NCBI GenBank assembly: GCA_039621445.1
Contig: CP154954.1
Coordinates: 11,836,716-11,900,715, forward strand
Source: Euglena gracilis
Lineage: Eukaryota
DNA length: 64,000 nt
Direction: 5' to 3'
Under the pieces are notes generated by a model. That model saw only the letters and a list, made by a program, of their open reading frames with translations. It was not told the DNA's origin and did not search any database. Positions 27,201 through 38,544 of this stretch are shown piece after piece (positions within the stretch are counted from its first letter, which is position 1; every line of letters starts with the position of its first letter). The position numbers and the translations under genes were made by a program.

Positions 27201-30200
27201 TTGTTCAGCTTGAGCACACAAAAGAAATGAGGTACTTTCGCCATTTGCCCCCCATTGGCCAATTGGCCTCCGGGACAAGTCAGGCGAATTTCGGCAAGGC
27301 CGCAAAAAAGGCTCAAAAATTCCCAGAAACGTCCGAAAATCGAAAACCTTAAAATTGCTGGAAAGGAAAAGAAATGGCGAATCCAGCCATACACAAAAAA
27401 TCAACAAATTTGCACAGGAAAAAAATTAGGGGCAGGGGTCCTCAAGCCCCCCCCCCAATTGGTTAATGGGGGGGGTCTGAAGCAATGCCAAATAGGGGGG
27501 TGAGAGTAATTGCAAAATTGATTTTGGGAAAGCAGCAGCCAAAAAAAAATGTATCTCGAGGTCCTTGGTGTCATGGGGAAAACTGTCTCACAATCCAAAA
27601 TGATGTCATTCAATTTAATCTTTCTTGAACATTTCCTCTTAAGTGGCCATTTGTACTGTGTTCAAAGTTTCTTTCAGAGTCAAGCAGCAAAGGCTGATTT
27701 CAATGTGAAATTATGATAAAAGTACCAAATATCAAGTTTTTCATTGACGGATTGTTATGGTATTTCTGAGTTGCATTTTGTATCAAAAAATAAAATCGCT
27801 GGATAGATAATGAGTAAAGGCAGATTATAACTTCTGGGCGGGAAGAGTAAGCAAGCAGAACGCAGCCACCTGTGGCAGCGGCCATCATCAGCGCCTCCAT
27901 CTCCCGATGCTCTTGGGCCTCAAGGCTGGAGCGGCTGCCATACTGTTGCAATTTTGCAATGAGGCAGGTGAGGAGCACGCCCACGGCCAGCACCGCACCT
28001 GGGATCAACTGGGGAGGGGGGGAGGGGGGGGGAGGGGGTGTTGAGTGGCTTATCAATCGGACAAAGCTCTGGGCCGAAAAGTTGACTGAGTTACAGATTT
28101 TGTGCAGTTTTGAGGGAAAATTTCTTAGCAAAGAAAAGAGAAAGTAATACGCACACTGGAGGAGAATTTGAGAGGCTCCTGGCTCTCCCCTGGGCTACCC
28201 TTGGCACGTGGGGGGAGCTGGACCCCACAACCAATGGTCCAGGGTGGGGTGGGGGACCCCCCCCCCCCCAAACCTCAGTTCCTCCTGATATTGAACCCTG
28301 AGGGGCCCCAATTATGCACTTGTGTTGCTGCCCTCAGACCACCTCCTCTGTAAATGACCTGTGCGGGGGGGGGACAGTACAAATCGCCTGTTTTCTTTCG
28401 AAGTGTTGGTCCACGCGTTGGAAATTAAAATGTGAACAACATGAGTAAAACACTTCATTTTTCTGCCCTTTTTGTGATTATTTCGCAATACAATTTAAGG
28501 TGTGGAGAATGTCGGCGAGTTTTAGGCAGTAATTGTTGCAGACTTTGAAATTATCACTGTTCTTCATAAAATTCTCACTGGCAGAAAGATTTTTGATTTT
28601 TTGATTTCTTGATTTGAAAGATTTTTTGTCGGGCTTTTCAGGGAAAATGTAACGTGACCCCCCCCCTAAATGGCACCCCCCCCCGGAGCGTTTTGACCCC
28701 CCCTGGCGACTATTAGGGGGGGGGGGGGTGACAATTAGGGGGGGGGTTACTCAATTACCCCACATTTCCTTTGGGTCCATGGGTAACCCCCCCCCTAATT
28801 GTCGCCCCCCCAAGGGGGGGGCGACTATCAGGGGGGGGGGTGTCATATAGGGGGGGGGTCACGTTAAATGGAACAAAGTTTAGGGTGGGAAAAAAGGTTA
28901 ATGTAACCCATCATCACCAATGGCAAGCTGGATTTGGAGAGGGCTTAGGACAACAACGGTGGGGGGGGGGGGTTGGATACCACAAGTCATAAATGTTGTT
29001 GTTGTGTTGGAATTGATTGTCAACTGCTACCAAAAGCGTTTAAAAAACCTCCAAAAGTGTCCATTTCGAAAATTTTGAAACCGTGTCTGGGGGCTCTGGG
29101 TTCACGCCCGAACCAGCGTCTGGGATGCCAATTCGGGCGGGAAATTTCTGCGCCGAACCGGCATCCCAGATGCAGGTTCAGGCATGAAACCGGCGTCTGG
29201 ACCCAAAATAAAAAGTGCCAAAAAGTATCCAAAAGGGTTTGTAGACATGTGGCAATAACATCTGAGCAGTTTCTTTTTTGGGAGGTCTAATGCCAGAAAT
29301 TGGGGTTCTTTGCACAACAATTTTGGGGAATTTCTGAAATAGAATACCATGCAACGTGGCTGAATCTAAGGCCATCTGCCCTTGAGAAGAGCTTTCAATC
29401 GAAGGGCAACATGGCAGCTGAAATGGAATTTCGACTTTGCAAACAGGGTCAGAAAATGTGATCGCCAATTTTCAGAGCGCTGTGCATTGTAGTTGAGTTC
29501 TGTGGCTACCAAGCGAAAGGTCTTGGGGAGAGCTTTCCTTTGATGTGCAATATGCAACCTGAGATTTGGGATTTGACAAATTCAGATGTCAAATTTCGGA
29601 ACACACGATCGCTGAAAATACGAGCAATGTGCATTATGGCGAAATTCTGAGGCCATCTGCTGAAAGCCCTTGAGAAGAGCTTCGATTGTTGAGCAACATG
29701 GCCTCAGAAGTGTGGAATCTGCCAATTGCAACCGGCGGCCCATTTCGGCCAAAATCGCCCAAAACTGCCCCAAACATGGGTATTTGGGACGAAATTGGCC
29801 GTGATTCCTCAGCCACTGGTTCGGAGAAACGGTGTGTCCCATACACCGGTTCGGCCGTGAAGCCGGTGCCTGGGACGCCAGTTTGGGCTACCGCCCGAAC
29901 CGGCGTCCCAAGCACTGGCTCCTTGCCCAAACCGGCATCTGTGCAGTTCTCGATATAAATCCTTGCCCCCCCCCCCTGACCCAACAAACGTGGTCCCAGG
30001 CGAAGGGGTTGGGATGAACGAGGTTTGGGGGGGGCTCCAAAATCGGGCCTTCCGAAGGCCTTTCAAATTCACTGGCTCTTTGCACCGGAATCCGGGGCAG
30101 GCCACCCACAAAGGGGGGCTTTCTAATTAAAAAGAAGCAAGATGGATGTTGAAATAATGGCGACGTTCAGGGTGCCGGCTTTTTTCTTCACCCAAAGCAT

Positions 30201-32869
30201 CCTACCCACTTTTTGTGATAAATTTACACAAGAATGATCAGGATGTGGGCGCAAGGCGGTAGACTGGGGGGGGGGTAGTGGGTAGTCGGCCGACTAGTCG
30301 GCCGACTACCCAATTGGTCTGCCGACTAGGCCTAGTCGGTAGCTAGTCGGCGAGACAGGGGGGGGGGGGGTAGTGGGTAGTCGGCCAACTAGTCGGCCGA
30401 CTACCCACTCTAATGTACTAACGGGTCAAAACCGCCGACTTTTAAGCCCCCCCCATGAACACCAACGCAAACTAATCGGTGGCTAGTCGGCGGTCATAAA
30501 AATGGTCTGTGGTGGGCCCAAATCACCCGGAAATGGTCCGGATGGGTCCAAATAAGTGTCTTACGCCTAAATAAACATCCCCAGATGGAAATCTTTGGTC
30601 AGTGGGGGGTCGGTGGGGGGGTCCGGAGGGGTAAAAAACCAATGATGAAACAGGGATTACATTAAAATCCTTTAGAAATGCAATCTGCAGTCTGCATTCT
30701 GCATCACGAGAGGCAGAAAAACCCCCCCTCCACCCCAATCCGAGCCTCAAATAACAAAATCCCTTCTGTGTTGGCAACATACTCGGGGGCTAAGCCGTTT
30801 TTGTGGCTCACTTTGGCATAGGCGGGGGGACTCCGCCCCCCCCCCCGCACCCCCCCCTCAAATAACAAAATACCTTCTGTGTTGGCAACATACTCGGGGG
30901 CTAAGTCGTTCTTGTGGCTCACTTTGGCATTGGGGGGGGGGGGGGGGGGGCTCCGCGGCCCGCACCTCCCCCTCAAATAACAAAATCCCTTCTGTGTTGG
31001 CAACATACTCGGGGGCTAAGTCGTTCTTGTGGCTCACTTTGGCATAGGTGGGGGGGGGGGGGCCTCCGCCCCCCCCCCCGCACCCCCCCCTCAAATAACA
31101 AAATCCCTTCTATATTGGCAATAGACTTGGAGGGATAATACCTTTTTTTGTGCAAATTTTGACTTATAGTGAAAATTCAATGGGAGGTGTACTTTTGTCA
31201 AAAGTGGCCCAAAATGGACATTTTCCCCAATTTTTTTGCATATTCACCCCCGCTTGGGGGGTTCTGGAGCCATTTGGGTGGGTTTTGACTGGTGTTGAGG
31301 TGATTTAGACAAAAAAAAATTTCCCAGGGGGGGCTTAAAAGTCGGCGGTTTTGACCCGTTAGTACATTAGAGTGGGTAGTCGGCCGACCAGTCGGGGTAG
31401 TCGGCCGACTAGTCGGCCGACTACCCAATTGGTCCGCCGACTAGTCGGCCGACCAATTAGTCGGCCGAATACCCAATTGGTCGGCCGACTAGTCGGCCGA
31501 CTACCCACTACCCCCCCCAGTCTACCGTTTGGCACTCAGGATGTGGCAATACACATGGTAGACACACCATATCACCACTGAGGTGAACTTCGCTCTCCAC
31601 ATGCTCTTTCCTTTGCGAGTTCATCCCAAAAGGGTCGCCATGCAAAGCCCCCATTGTTGGAGGCGTTCGCTCGTCCCTTTGGCGCATATGGTAAAACACA
31701 AAAGCGCGTGGAGCTGCTACCATCGTGTGTGGTATTGCAGTAAATGGTTGGGGAGATGAAAATAATTTTATCGATGCAATTGGAGGAGAAAGAGTGGAAC
31801 CACGGTTGATTTCATACACCCACTGCATTCAAGCTTCTCTGAGATGGGGTTTGAGAGGGAGACCCACCTCGCACGGGACCCCCCCCACAAAATATTGGGC
31901 CACCTTTGGAGCAATTCCAAATAATTTTCCCACGCTTTCGCACCGACCCCTTCACTCATATCTGCCCTCTGCTTATAACCCCCCCCCTCGGGCCAACCAA
32001 CCATAACCCCCCCTGGGGGAAGAAAATTTTTGAAAGCCGCCAGGGACGGCTCCCGGTTCTGGCCTGGGGGGGGGGGGGTAGTGGGGGTCGACCATGGTCG
32101 CTCTCGGTCGCTATGGGTGATTCCTACCGGGATTTTTTTTCACCTTTTTTGCCATGTAGCGGTGTAGGCAACTGTTCCAGGGCCCTAAAATAACAAAATC
32201 CCTTGTGTGTGTAACGCCTTTTGCTTGTATGTTGCGGCAATTTGCCCGGTTAAACACTTTTTGACATTCACAGGCCCACGATTGAGAGCGACCGAGAGCG
32301 ACCATGGTCGCTCTCGGTCGACCCCCACTACCCCCCTCCCAGGATATAGCAACCCCCCGCCAGGGACGACTTTTTCAGCCGCAAACCACCCGAAAACTCA
32401 TTTTTGGCATTTTTTTTTTGCGGCCGACCATCACCATCATCATTTTTGGGACGCAAAAAAAAAATCTAAACTAACGGAAAATCTACTGCCGATTTCGGTG
32501 GATTTGGGGGTCATGTTGGGGGGTCAGGTTTTCACCGACAATTCCTTGACTTATTAACACCCCATTTATAAACCTTTGGCTAACCAAAACAGATCCCATA
32601 AACCCCGGGTTTACAAGTTGGGTGGGTACCAGTGTAATATGTGGCTATTTTTCGAAACTTGTCAAAAATAGATCCAGGAATTTCATTTGCTCACGGAAAA
32701 GTAACTCCAAACAAAAAAAGGGGGGGAGAGAGTCTCCTTGCATGACAGCAACAAAAGTCTGAATAAAAAATTACAAATTTTGAAATCAACCTTGTTTGAT
32801 ATAACATGTTCCAAAGAAGCAAAGAAGAAGGCTGCAAAGGATAGCCCGGTGCAGCCATCGGCCAGCCAT
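18252..32869 (-). CDS. CPBP/Abi family (type II CAAX protease-like) intramembrane metalloprotease, probably plastid-targeted (multi-exon)
   Basis: Catalytic motifs in order: [11 protein letters not shown] (~21215-21250), SSLLFGIVH (~19210-19240), [18 protein letters not shown] (exons 19096-19016 and 18420-18252, stop TGA). Upstream pieces: [16 protein letters not shown] (~21825-21875), [13 protein letters not shown] (~23265-23305), exon starting at 25445 and exon ~28000-27870 joined by a GT-AG intron (MAAAT|GSTSS). Tentative N-terminal exons at ~31795-31580 and 32869-~32813 ([19 protein letters not shown]). The 5' half of the model is approximate. Confidence 0.75.
20758..20848. repeat. 23-bp minisatellite (GTGTAATGTTACCCATCCTTGGT) x~4
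   Basis: Directly visible tandem copies without spacers. Confidence 0.9.
21357..21447. repeat. (CATC)n microsatellite
   Basis: Directly visible. Confidence 0.95.
26604..26721. repeat. (GAT)n-(GGT)n-(GAT)n microsatellite
   Basis: Directly visible. Confidence 0.95.
28650..28867. mobile_element. MITE, TA-flanked, TIR ACGTGACCCCCCCC
   Basis: TAACGTGACCCCCCCC at the left end and GGGGGGGGTCACGTTA at the right end; internal inverted symmetry. Confidence 0.7.
30249..31535. mobile_element. Non-autonomous TIR element with 11-bp target-site duplication (MULE-like)
   Basis: Direct repeat TCAGGATGTGG at 30238-30248 and 31536-31546. TIR ..CGGTAGACTGGGGGGGG(n)TAGTGGGTAGTCGGCCGAC. Internal ~115-bp tandem repeats at 30745-31110. 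A related inverted copy lies at ~39245-40050 and a terminus at ~47078-47140. Confidence 0.8.
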
Positions 32870-33449
32870 TGTTCGTGTCCACCAAAAGTCAACCACAAAG
32901 CAACGCAGACCAACCATAAGGAAGCTGTGGAGAAACCAATCAACGTTAAAAGCCCCAACTTCCGCCTGGACCGAGTTATGCAGCAGCAAGGAGTCCAACT
33001 GGGTAGGATTACCAACTGGGTAGGAAAGCGTGGTACCAGTGGGGCGACGGCAGTACAGTTGGGGGTTTTGGGGGACCCCCCCCCCTGTACTGTGTCAAGA
33101 ACTGTGTTTTGGGCCAAGGTTTTAGGGGAGCCCAGGGGCGGGGACCGCGGCGCCGAAGCTGGGCCCCCCTAAAACCTTGGCCCAAAACACTGTTCTTGTT
33201 TGAAGCCGTGTTTTGGGCAAAGATTTAAGACTTTTAAAGTCTCGAAATCGGCCCAAACACGGTTTCAGTTGGGATTTTCGCCCCCCCCCCCAGTGCCGAC
33301 CCCCCCGAGACAGATGAAATTTTGACACCAAAAATGGCCTTTTTAGACCAAAAAAAAGGCCTTTAAAAAAATTTCCGGCGCCTTCGGTGCCGGTTTTTTT
33401 GGCCGATTTTGAGGGGGGGGTTGGCAGTACAGTTGGCCCCCCCCCGGTG

Positions 33450-34277
33450 TTGAGACAGAAAGGCCACTGGCACAGTTTTTTTCTCAATCACATCCTGGGC
33501 TGTGGGTCTTCCTCTCCCCTCCTTCATTTGCTCTAACGTTGCCCCCACGGCGTACCCACTGGCATCAACCCTTAGCACAAAGAGTTTATCTGGGTCTACT
33601 CGTTGCAACATTAGGCCCGAACACAACCTTTTTTTCAGCTCCTCAAAAGCTTTTCAATCCGCCCCATCAAATTCCACAGGTTTTCGACTTCCTTTCTTTC
33701 CCAGCTCCCTGGGGACTTTCAATTTGTCTTGCAATCGGCAGCTACTTCCACATACATGTGAATGTATGCATTGTAATAATTTGTGAATCACAAAAAGGCC
33801 CTCAAAGCCGTAATTTTTTTGGAACTTCCCACTTTTCGATCGCTCGTAACTTACCCGGTGCTGGCCTCCTAGTCCCATTTCCTAAAATCTATCCACAAAT
33901 TCACCCTCCTCCACAAAAAGTTTGGCTTTGAATTCACCAGCCTCCAAATGTTCTGTTTTGAGCACTTCCAACACCCTCCTGAAATCTTTTTCATGTGTAC
34001 CAGTATGTCGTCTATGCACCCTGTGGCTATATCACTTACTGGTGTCAAACAGTCATCGATCATTTGCTGAAATTGTTTGGGGGCATTCGTCAAACCCATT
34101 ACATTTACCCTCCACTGAAAAATGCCTTTGGAGGAACAACACGTTATGGGTCGGCTTTCTGGGTGTAAGGGTTGTTGGTGAAAAGCTTGCTTCAAATCGA
34201 TAATCGAAAACATTTGGTTCGCTCCATGTTTGACCAAAATGTCTTCAATTTTTGGTAGGGGGTAGCTGCATCGCCTT
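33450..34277 (-). pseudogene. Reverse transcriptase core and RNase H of the Ty3/gypsy-like element
   Basis: YPLPKIEDIL, FSIIDLKQAFHQ, MGLTNAPKQFQQMID, IDDIL, DASGYAVGATLEQ, PVAFLS. Confidence 0.9.
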
Positions 34278-34522
34278 GAGATATTGGAGGTCCCCCCCGG
34301 ATATTTTCAGGTCATCGCTGCGGGGTTGCCATGTACAGAATATGGCGTGGCAAAAACGGTGGGAGTCAGAAATTTGGAGGGGGCAGATTGGCTGGTCAAA
34401 AAAACTTTGGAAATTGTCGAATATTTCAAACCAAAGTTGTGGTGGATTGAGAATCCCTTTCATGGGCTTTTGCGGAAAAGACCCGGTGTTCAAAATCTGA
34501 CTTTTGTCCATGTTGATTATTG
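34278..34522 (+). pseudogene. C5-cytosine DNA methyltransferase, catalytic part (motifs IV and VI)
   Basis: PPGYFQVIAAGLPCTEYGVAKTVGVRNLEGADWLVKKTLEIVEYFKPKLWWIENPFHGLL...VDY: catalytic PC at 34329-34334, ENP at 34449-34457. Confidence 0.85.
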
Positions 34523-34986
34523 GAATTTTTCAATTTTTCAGCCACCTCAGGCCACAAAGTCCAGGGGGGGTTCATCAACAACGTTTCGTCCGCCCCCCAT
34601 TCCTTTTTCATGCCATCATCATCCGCACCACAAAACTTTTCACACCTGGCATTTTGGCTGGTTGCAAAACAATCCCTTTCTGCGTAACCTGAAATTCCTT
34701 CTCAATTTCATCCATTCAAACTTGCCTAAGAGCATAACCCTCCCTACAATATCCGCTTTTTTGTTCCAACACGGTTAACAAATTATCCACCAGTTGCTTG
34801 GGCATCCTCCATTTTTTCTGGGTGCCAACTGATATTCCCTACCCTCCCAGCTTTTCTCGGTGACTCCTCCCCTCAGTAATAAAATTTGGGCAGGTCTGGA
34901 CATCGCAGAGTTTGTTCTGCAGCTTGCTCAGATTTTCACTCCCCCAGATCGGGGTTGGTTTTTGGTATCCCCAATCTGAAAATTGA
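34523..34986 (-). pseudogene. Inverted block: C5-MTase C-terminus followed by the N-terminal part of a Dam-like amino-MTase
   Basis: QFSDWGYQKPTPIWGS...KWRMPKQLVDNLL, then ERDCFATSQNARCEKFCGADDDGMKKEWGADETLLMNPPWTLWPEVAEKLKN (NPPW at 34561-34572). It continues on + at 34987 (CRAICICPDWSRR) and 35725 (WVKNLLATAVKKIYFPKG...TRWGVWALLID). Confidence 0.82.
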
Positions 34987-35027
34987 CTTGTCGGGCAATT
35001 TGTATTTGCCCAGACTGGAGTAGGAGG

Positions 35028-35724
35028 GGGCATAGTGGGCACGCCTGTTTTTTTTGACGTTGTTTTTTTTGTTTTTTTTATTTCTAACAATGTTTTTTTA
35101 AAAAAAAACAAAAAAAACGCCCACTAGGTTTTGCAAAGAAAAAAATTTGAATGCGTATTTTCGGTCATTTTTTGGCAACTTTTGGGTCAGTTTTGCCAAA
35201 AACTACCTCCCATAAAAAATGGAAAAAGTAATAAAATTGCATTTTTCTGCTTTTTTGGATGTTTTCGACCATTTTTGGCACTTTTTGAACTGAGTAGGAC
35301 TCAAAGTATGGTTTGGGTGTTTCATAACGAGTTTTCTCAATGAAATTTCCCTTTTGTTTTTTTGATGTTTTTTTTAGTGTTTTTTTTTAAAAAAACACAT
35401 TGTTTTTTTTTTAAAAAAACAAAAAAAATGCCCACTACCACCCCCCCCCCCTTTATTGTCCCACCGACCTGCCCCCGGGAGGCCCGACCGGACAATAAAG
35501 GGGGGGGGACAATAAAGGGGTACCAAAGGAATTTCATTAGCCGGGCCAAAAAAACCCCCCGTCGGCCGGGGCCCAGGGACAATAAAGGGGGGGGGACAAT
35601 AAAGGGGGGGGGGGGGTATTGTACCCCCCCCCCTGGGAGCCATTTTCTGGGGGGGGAGGTACATTATGGGGGGGGGTACAATATGGGGGGCGGCCAAGGT
35701 CATGGGCGGCCAGGGAATGGGAGG
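35028..35724. mobile_element. 697-bp composite insertion interrupting the Dam-like domain; contains a nested TA-MITE at 35438-35616
   Basis: GGAGG is duplicated (35023-35027 and 35720-35724). Removing the insertion restores PDWSRR|WVKNLL in frame. Confidence 0.75.
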
Positions 35725-35989
35725 TGGGTTAAAAATCTGTTGGCTACGGCTGTCAAAAAGATTTATTTTCCCAAGGGGAGAAAGTTGTTTGAGGATGATG
35801 GGAGTATTTTGAGGGGTACCCGTTGGGGGGTGTGGGCCTTGTTGATCGATAGAAGGCAACCCTCCCAGGGGGGGGGGGGCAGCCCCAGGGAAGAGAAAAT
35901 TGGTGTGGCTGAAAAAAAGCACGTTGAGGGGGACAAAAACTCGGGGAGGAGCGAAGAAACTTGGGGAGGACAGACAACTGCGGTTAAAA

Positions 35990-37145
35990 ACACAGATACG
36001 GTTGGCAAATGGGGAGGAGAAAACAGCCCGAATTTTGATTGACACGGGGACAAACCTCATTCGACAAGGGTTGATAGGGGACCACCTAGTGTATCCTGCT
36101 GAGGACCCGTTAAGGTTTGAAACTGCCAATGGGCAAACTTTGACGGGGGGAGCAGATGTGCTAAGGTGAAAGTGATCCTTCAACAAAGCTGGAATGAGGA
36201 AAGGGACCCTGAGTGTGTGGAATGTGAGGTTGAATTTCATGAGGCAAACATCAAAGTTGAGGCAATTCTTTCTAATCCTTGGTTGGCGGAGGCAAAACTG
36301 GGAATTTTTCCACACCACAAGGTGTTGGTGAAAGACAGCCCCGACCTGGTTTTTTTGCGGGGTGTTGAAAGATGGAGGGGTCCACAAAAATTCAGGATGA
36401 CACAAATTTTTCAGTGGACAGTGTGACTGCGGCGGAGGGGTCTTCGTGTGGGTTGCAAAAACGTGGTCTTTGTTTGCCTTTGGAAGGGTTGGACCAGGAA
36501 TTGCACTTTTTGAGTGACGAGGACTTGGGGGAGGTTGCCACAAATTTGGAGGGAAGTGACCCCCCAGTGCAAGTTATCAACCAAATGATAATTGCAAGGG
36601 AGGGGGAGGACCAAAAAGAGGATGAACGGGTAGCCAAGTTGAGGGATGAAGTATTGCAGGATTACAAGGGGACGGTATTTCGGTCATCGTCATTTCTAGA
36701 CCCCCCGAAAGAGGGCAATATGGTCATGCATACATACCACCCCCCCCCCTTTATTGTCCCCCCCCCTTTATTGTCCCTGGGCCCCGGCCGACGGGGGGTT
36801 TTTTTGGCCCGGCCAATGAAATTCCTTTGGTACCCCTTTATTGTCCCCCCCCCTTTATTGTCCGGTCGGGCCTCCCGGGGGCAGGTCGGTGGGACAATAA
36901 AGGGGGGGGGGGTGGTACCGTTGAAGGAGGGGGCAAAGCCAACCAGACCGAAGCCTTTTTTCATGCACGGTGAGAGGAAAGAGGCACTTGAAAAAATCAC
37001 ACAAGACTGGGGCGACAAAAAATACACTGAGCCAGCCACAGCCAAAAAATCTGAATGGCTGTCCCAAACTTTTCCAGTACCAAAAAAATCCAACAATTTT
37101 CCTTGGAGGGGGGTGGCGGACCTCAGGGGCACAAACAGCCAAACA
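35990..37145 (+). pseudogene. Aspartic protease and RT N-terminus of the Ty3/gypsy-like element (within the inverted block)
   Basis: ARILIDTGTNLIRQGL, EAILSNPWL, GHAY(I)PLKEGAKPTRPKPF, WRGVADLRGTN. Confidence 0.85.
36737..36915. mobile_element. TA-targeting MITE (Tc1/mariner-type), TIR CCACCCCCCCCCTTTATTGTCCC
   Basis: TA on both sides (36735-36736 and 36916-36917) and near-perfect TIRs. Removal restores GHAYIPLKEG in pol. Confidence 0.9.
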
Positions 37146-37290
37146 AAATATTCCAAAATATTTGCACAGTGGGTTGGGTTAAATCTGGGGTGTAGGTCCA
37201 CTGACACAACCTTAACCCCCTGCTCTCTCATGCAATCCGCAACCGAGCCTTTACCGCAAAAAAGTTATAAAGCTCTTTTCTTTACGGAAG
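37146..37290 (-). pseudogene. C5-cytosine DNA methyltransferase N-terminus (motif I, FxGxG)
   Basis: KRAL*LFCGKGSVADCMREQGVKVVSVDLHPRFNPTHCANILE; the stop is TAA where GAA (LELFCGKG) is expected. Confidence 0.85.
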
Positions 37291-38288
37291 GCTGTGCAAG
37301 ATCTCTTACGAGATCTTATTCTTTGATTTGCACGTCACGCACGCACGCACCCAACACATTGGGCACACCTTGCGCAGAGGTCTCCTGTGATGGCAGATTT
37401 TTCATCGTGTTTTCACTCGCCCGAGATTCTTCATGCCACCTGGGATTTGGGTTTCTCTTTGTGTGGGACTGGGTATGCAAGCCCGGGGCGGCTCCCGCCC
37501 CCAACGTTCCACCCCGGATATCCTAGCATCGGTTTCCTTTCCCCCTTCCTTTTCCATTGCCTTTTCCACCATCATGGCCCTTTCCCCTGGACCAGTCATT
37601 TCCATTGTTTATTTTCCCCCAAGAATTGTTTCCTTTGCCCTTTCCTTTGCCTTTGCCTTTGCCACCACAAGACTGTGAGTCAAAATTCTTTTGATTTGAG
37701 TGCCACTGCTAATTTCCCTGAAAATTGGCATTGGCATTGGAATTCCACCCAGAATCGTTTCTCCATCCACCCCCATTGCCAAATTGAGATTGCTGTGATC
37801 GAACCACTGGCACTGAGAGGTTCGTGTTTGCATTGGTCGCAGGAGCAGCCATCTGTGAATCTGATTTTCCAACGGACCGTTTTGTCACTGTTTCGCCCCC
37901 CTTTGCTGACCGTGCTGGGGAGGGTTTCCTGGCCCCTTTGGCCCGATCTGCCTTTGCAGACCTGTCCCTCCGGTTTCCGGACCCATTTGGCTCTCTGGAA
38001 CTGTGTAACACGTCTTGATTATAGTGTCGTCCAACCTTTCCTCGCTTTCGCCCTTTGGTGCGCAAAAGGTAAAAGTTGGAGTAACAGAAGAAAAAAATAT
38101 AATATAAAAGTTGAAAGCCCTTTTCCCCAATTAAGGGGCAGAGCACAACGCAGGGTAGAAGCCCTATGGGCTACGACAATGCAAAGTGCCAAGTGATTTT
38201 TGGCTGTCCTTTCAGGACTTCAAATGAAAAAAATCAAACTTGAAACTCAAGTAAGACAAAGTGAAAGAACAAAATAGAATATACCACC

Positions 38289-38544
38289 TGTGGAGAGGAG
38301 AACCCGAATAAGGTCAAGGTATTCCTAATTCGGGCCGTTGGCCATCTGTAGGAATACCACCTAGCATAGTACTGTGTATGGGGCTCAGAGCTATATCTGG
38401 CCGTAGGCTTATACCTACATACACAGTACCATGGCCTTACAGCTGCCTGGTACACATCCCCCTCCCAGGGCTATGCCCGATTTCCCTACTGGACCAGGCC
38501 AGTCGGAATGCCGGACACAGTGCTGGGGACGGGGACCTGTCACA
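38289..38544 (-). repeat. Candidate 5' LTR of the Ty3/gypsy-like element
   Basis: On - it starts TGTGACA and ends CCACA, followed after 2 nt by TGGTAT (PBS-like). There is no second LTR in the window to confirm it. Confidence 0.3.

Noticed and set aside
35374-36543. 389-aa minus-strand ORF
   Set aside because: Antisense shadow of pol and MITE sequence; no recognisable motifs
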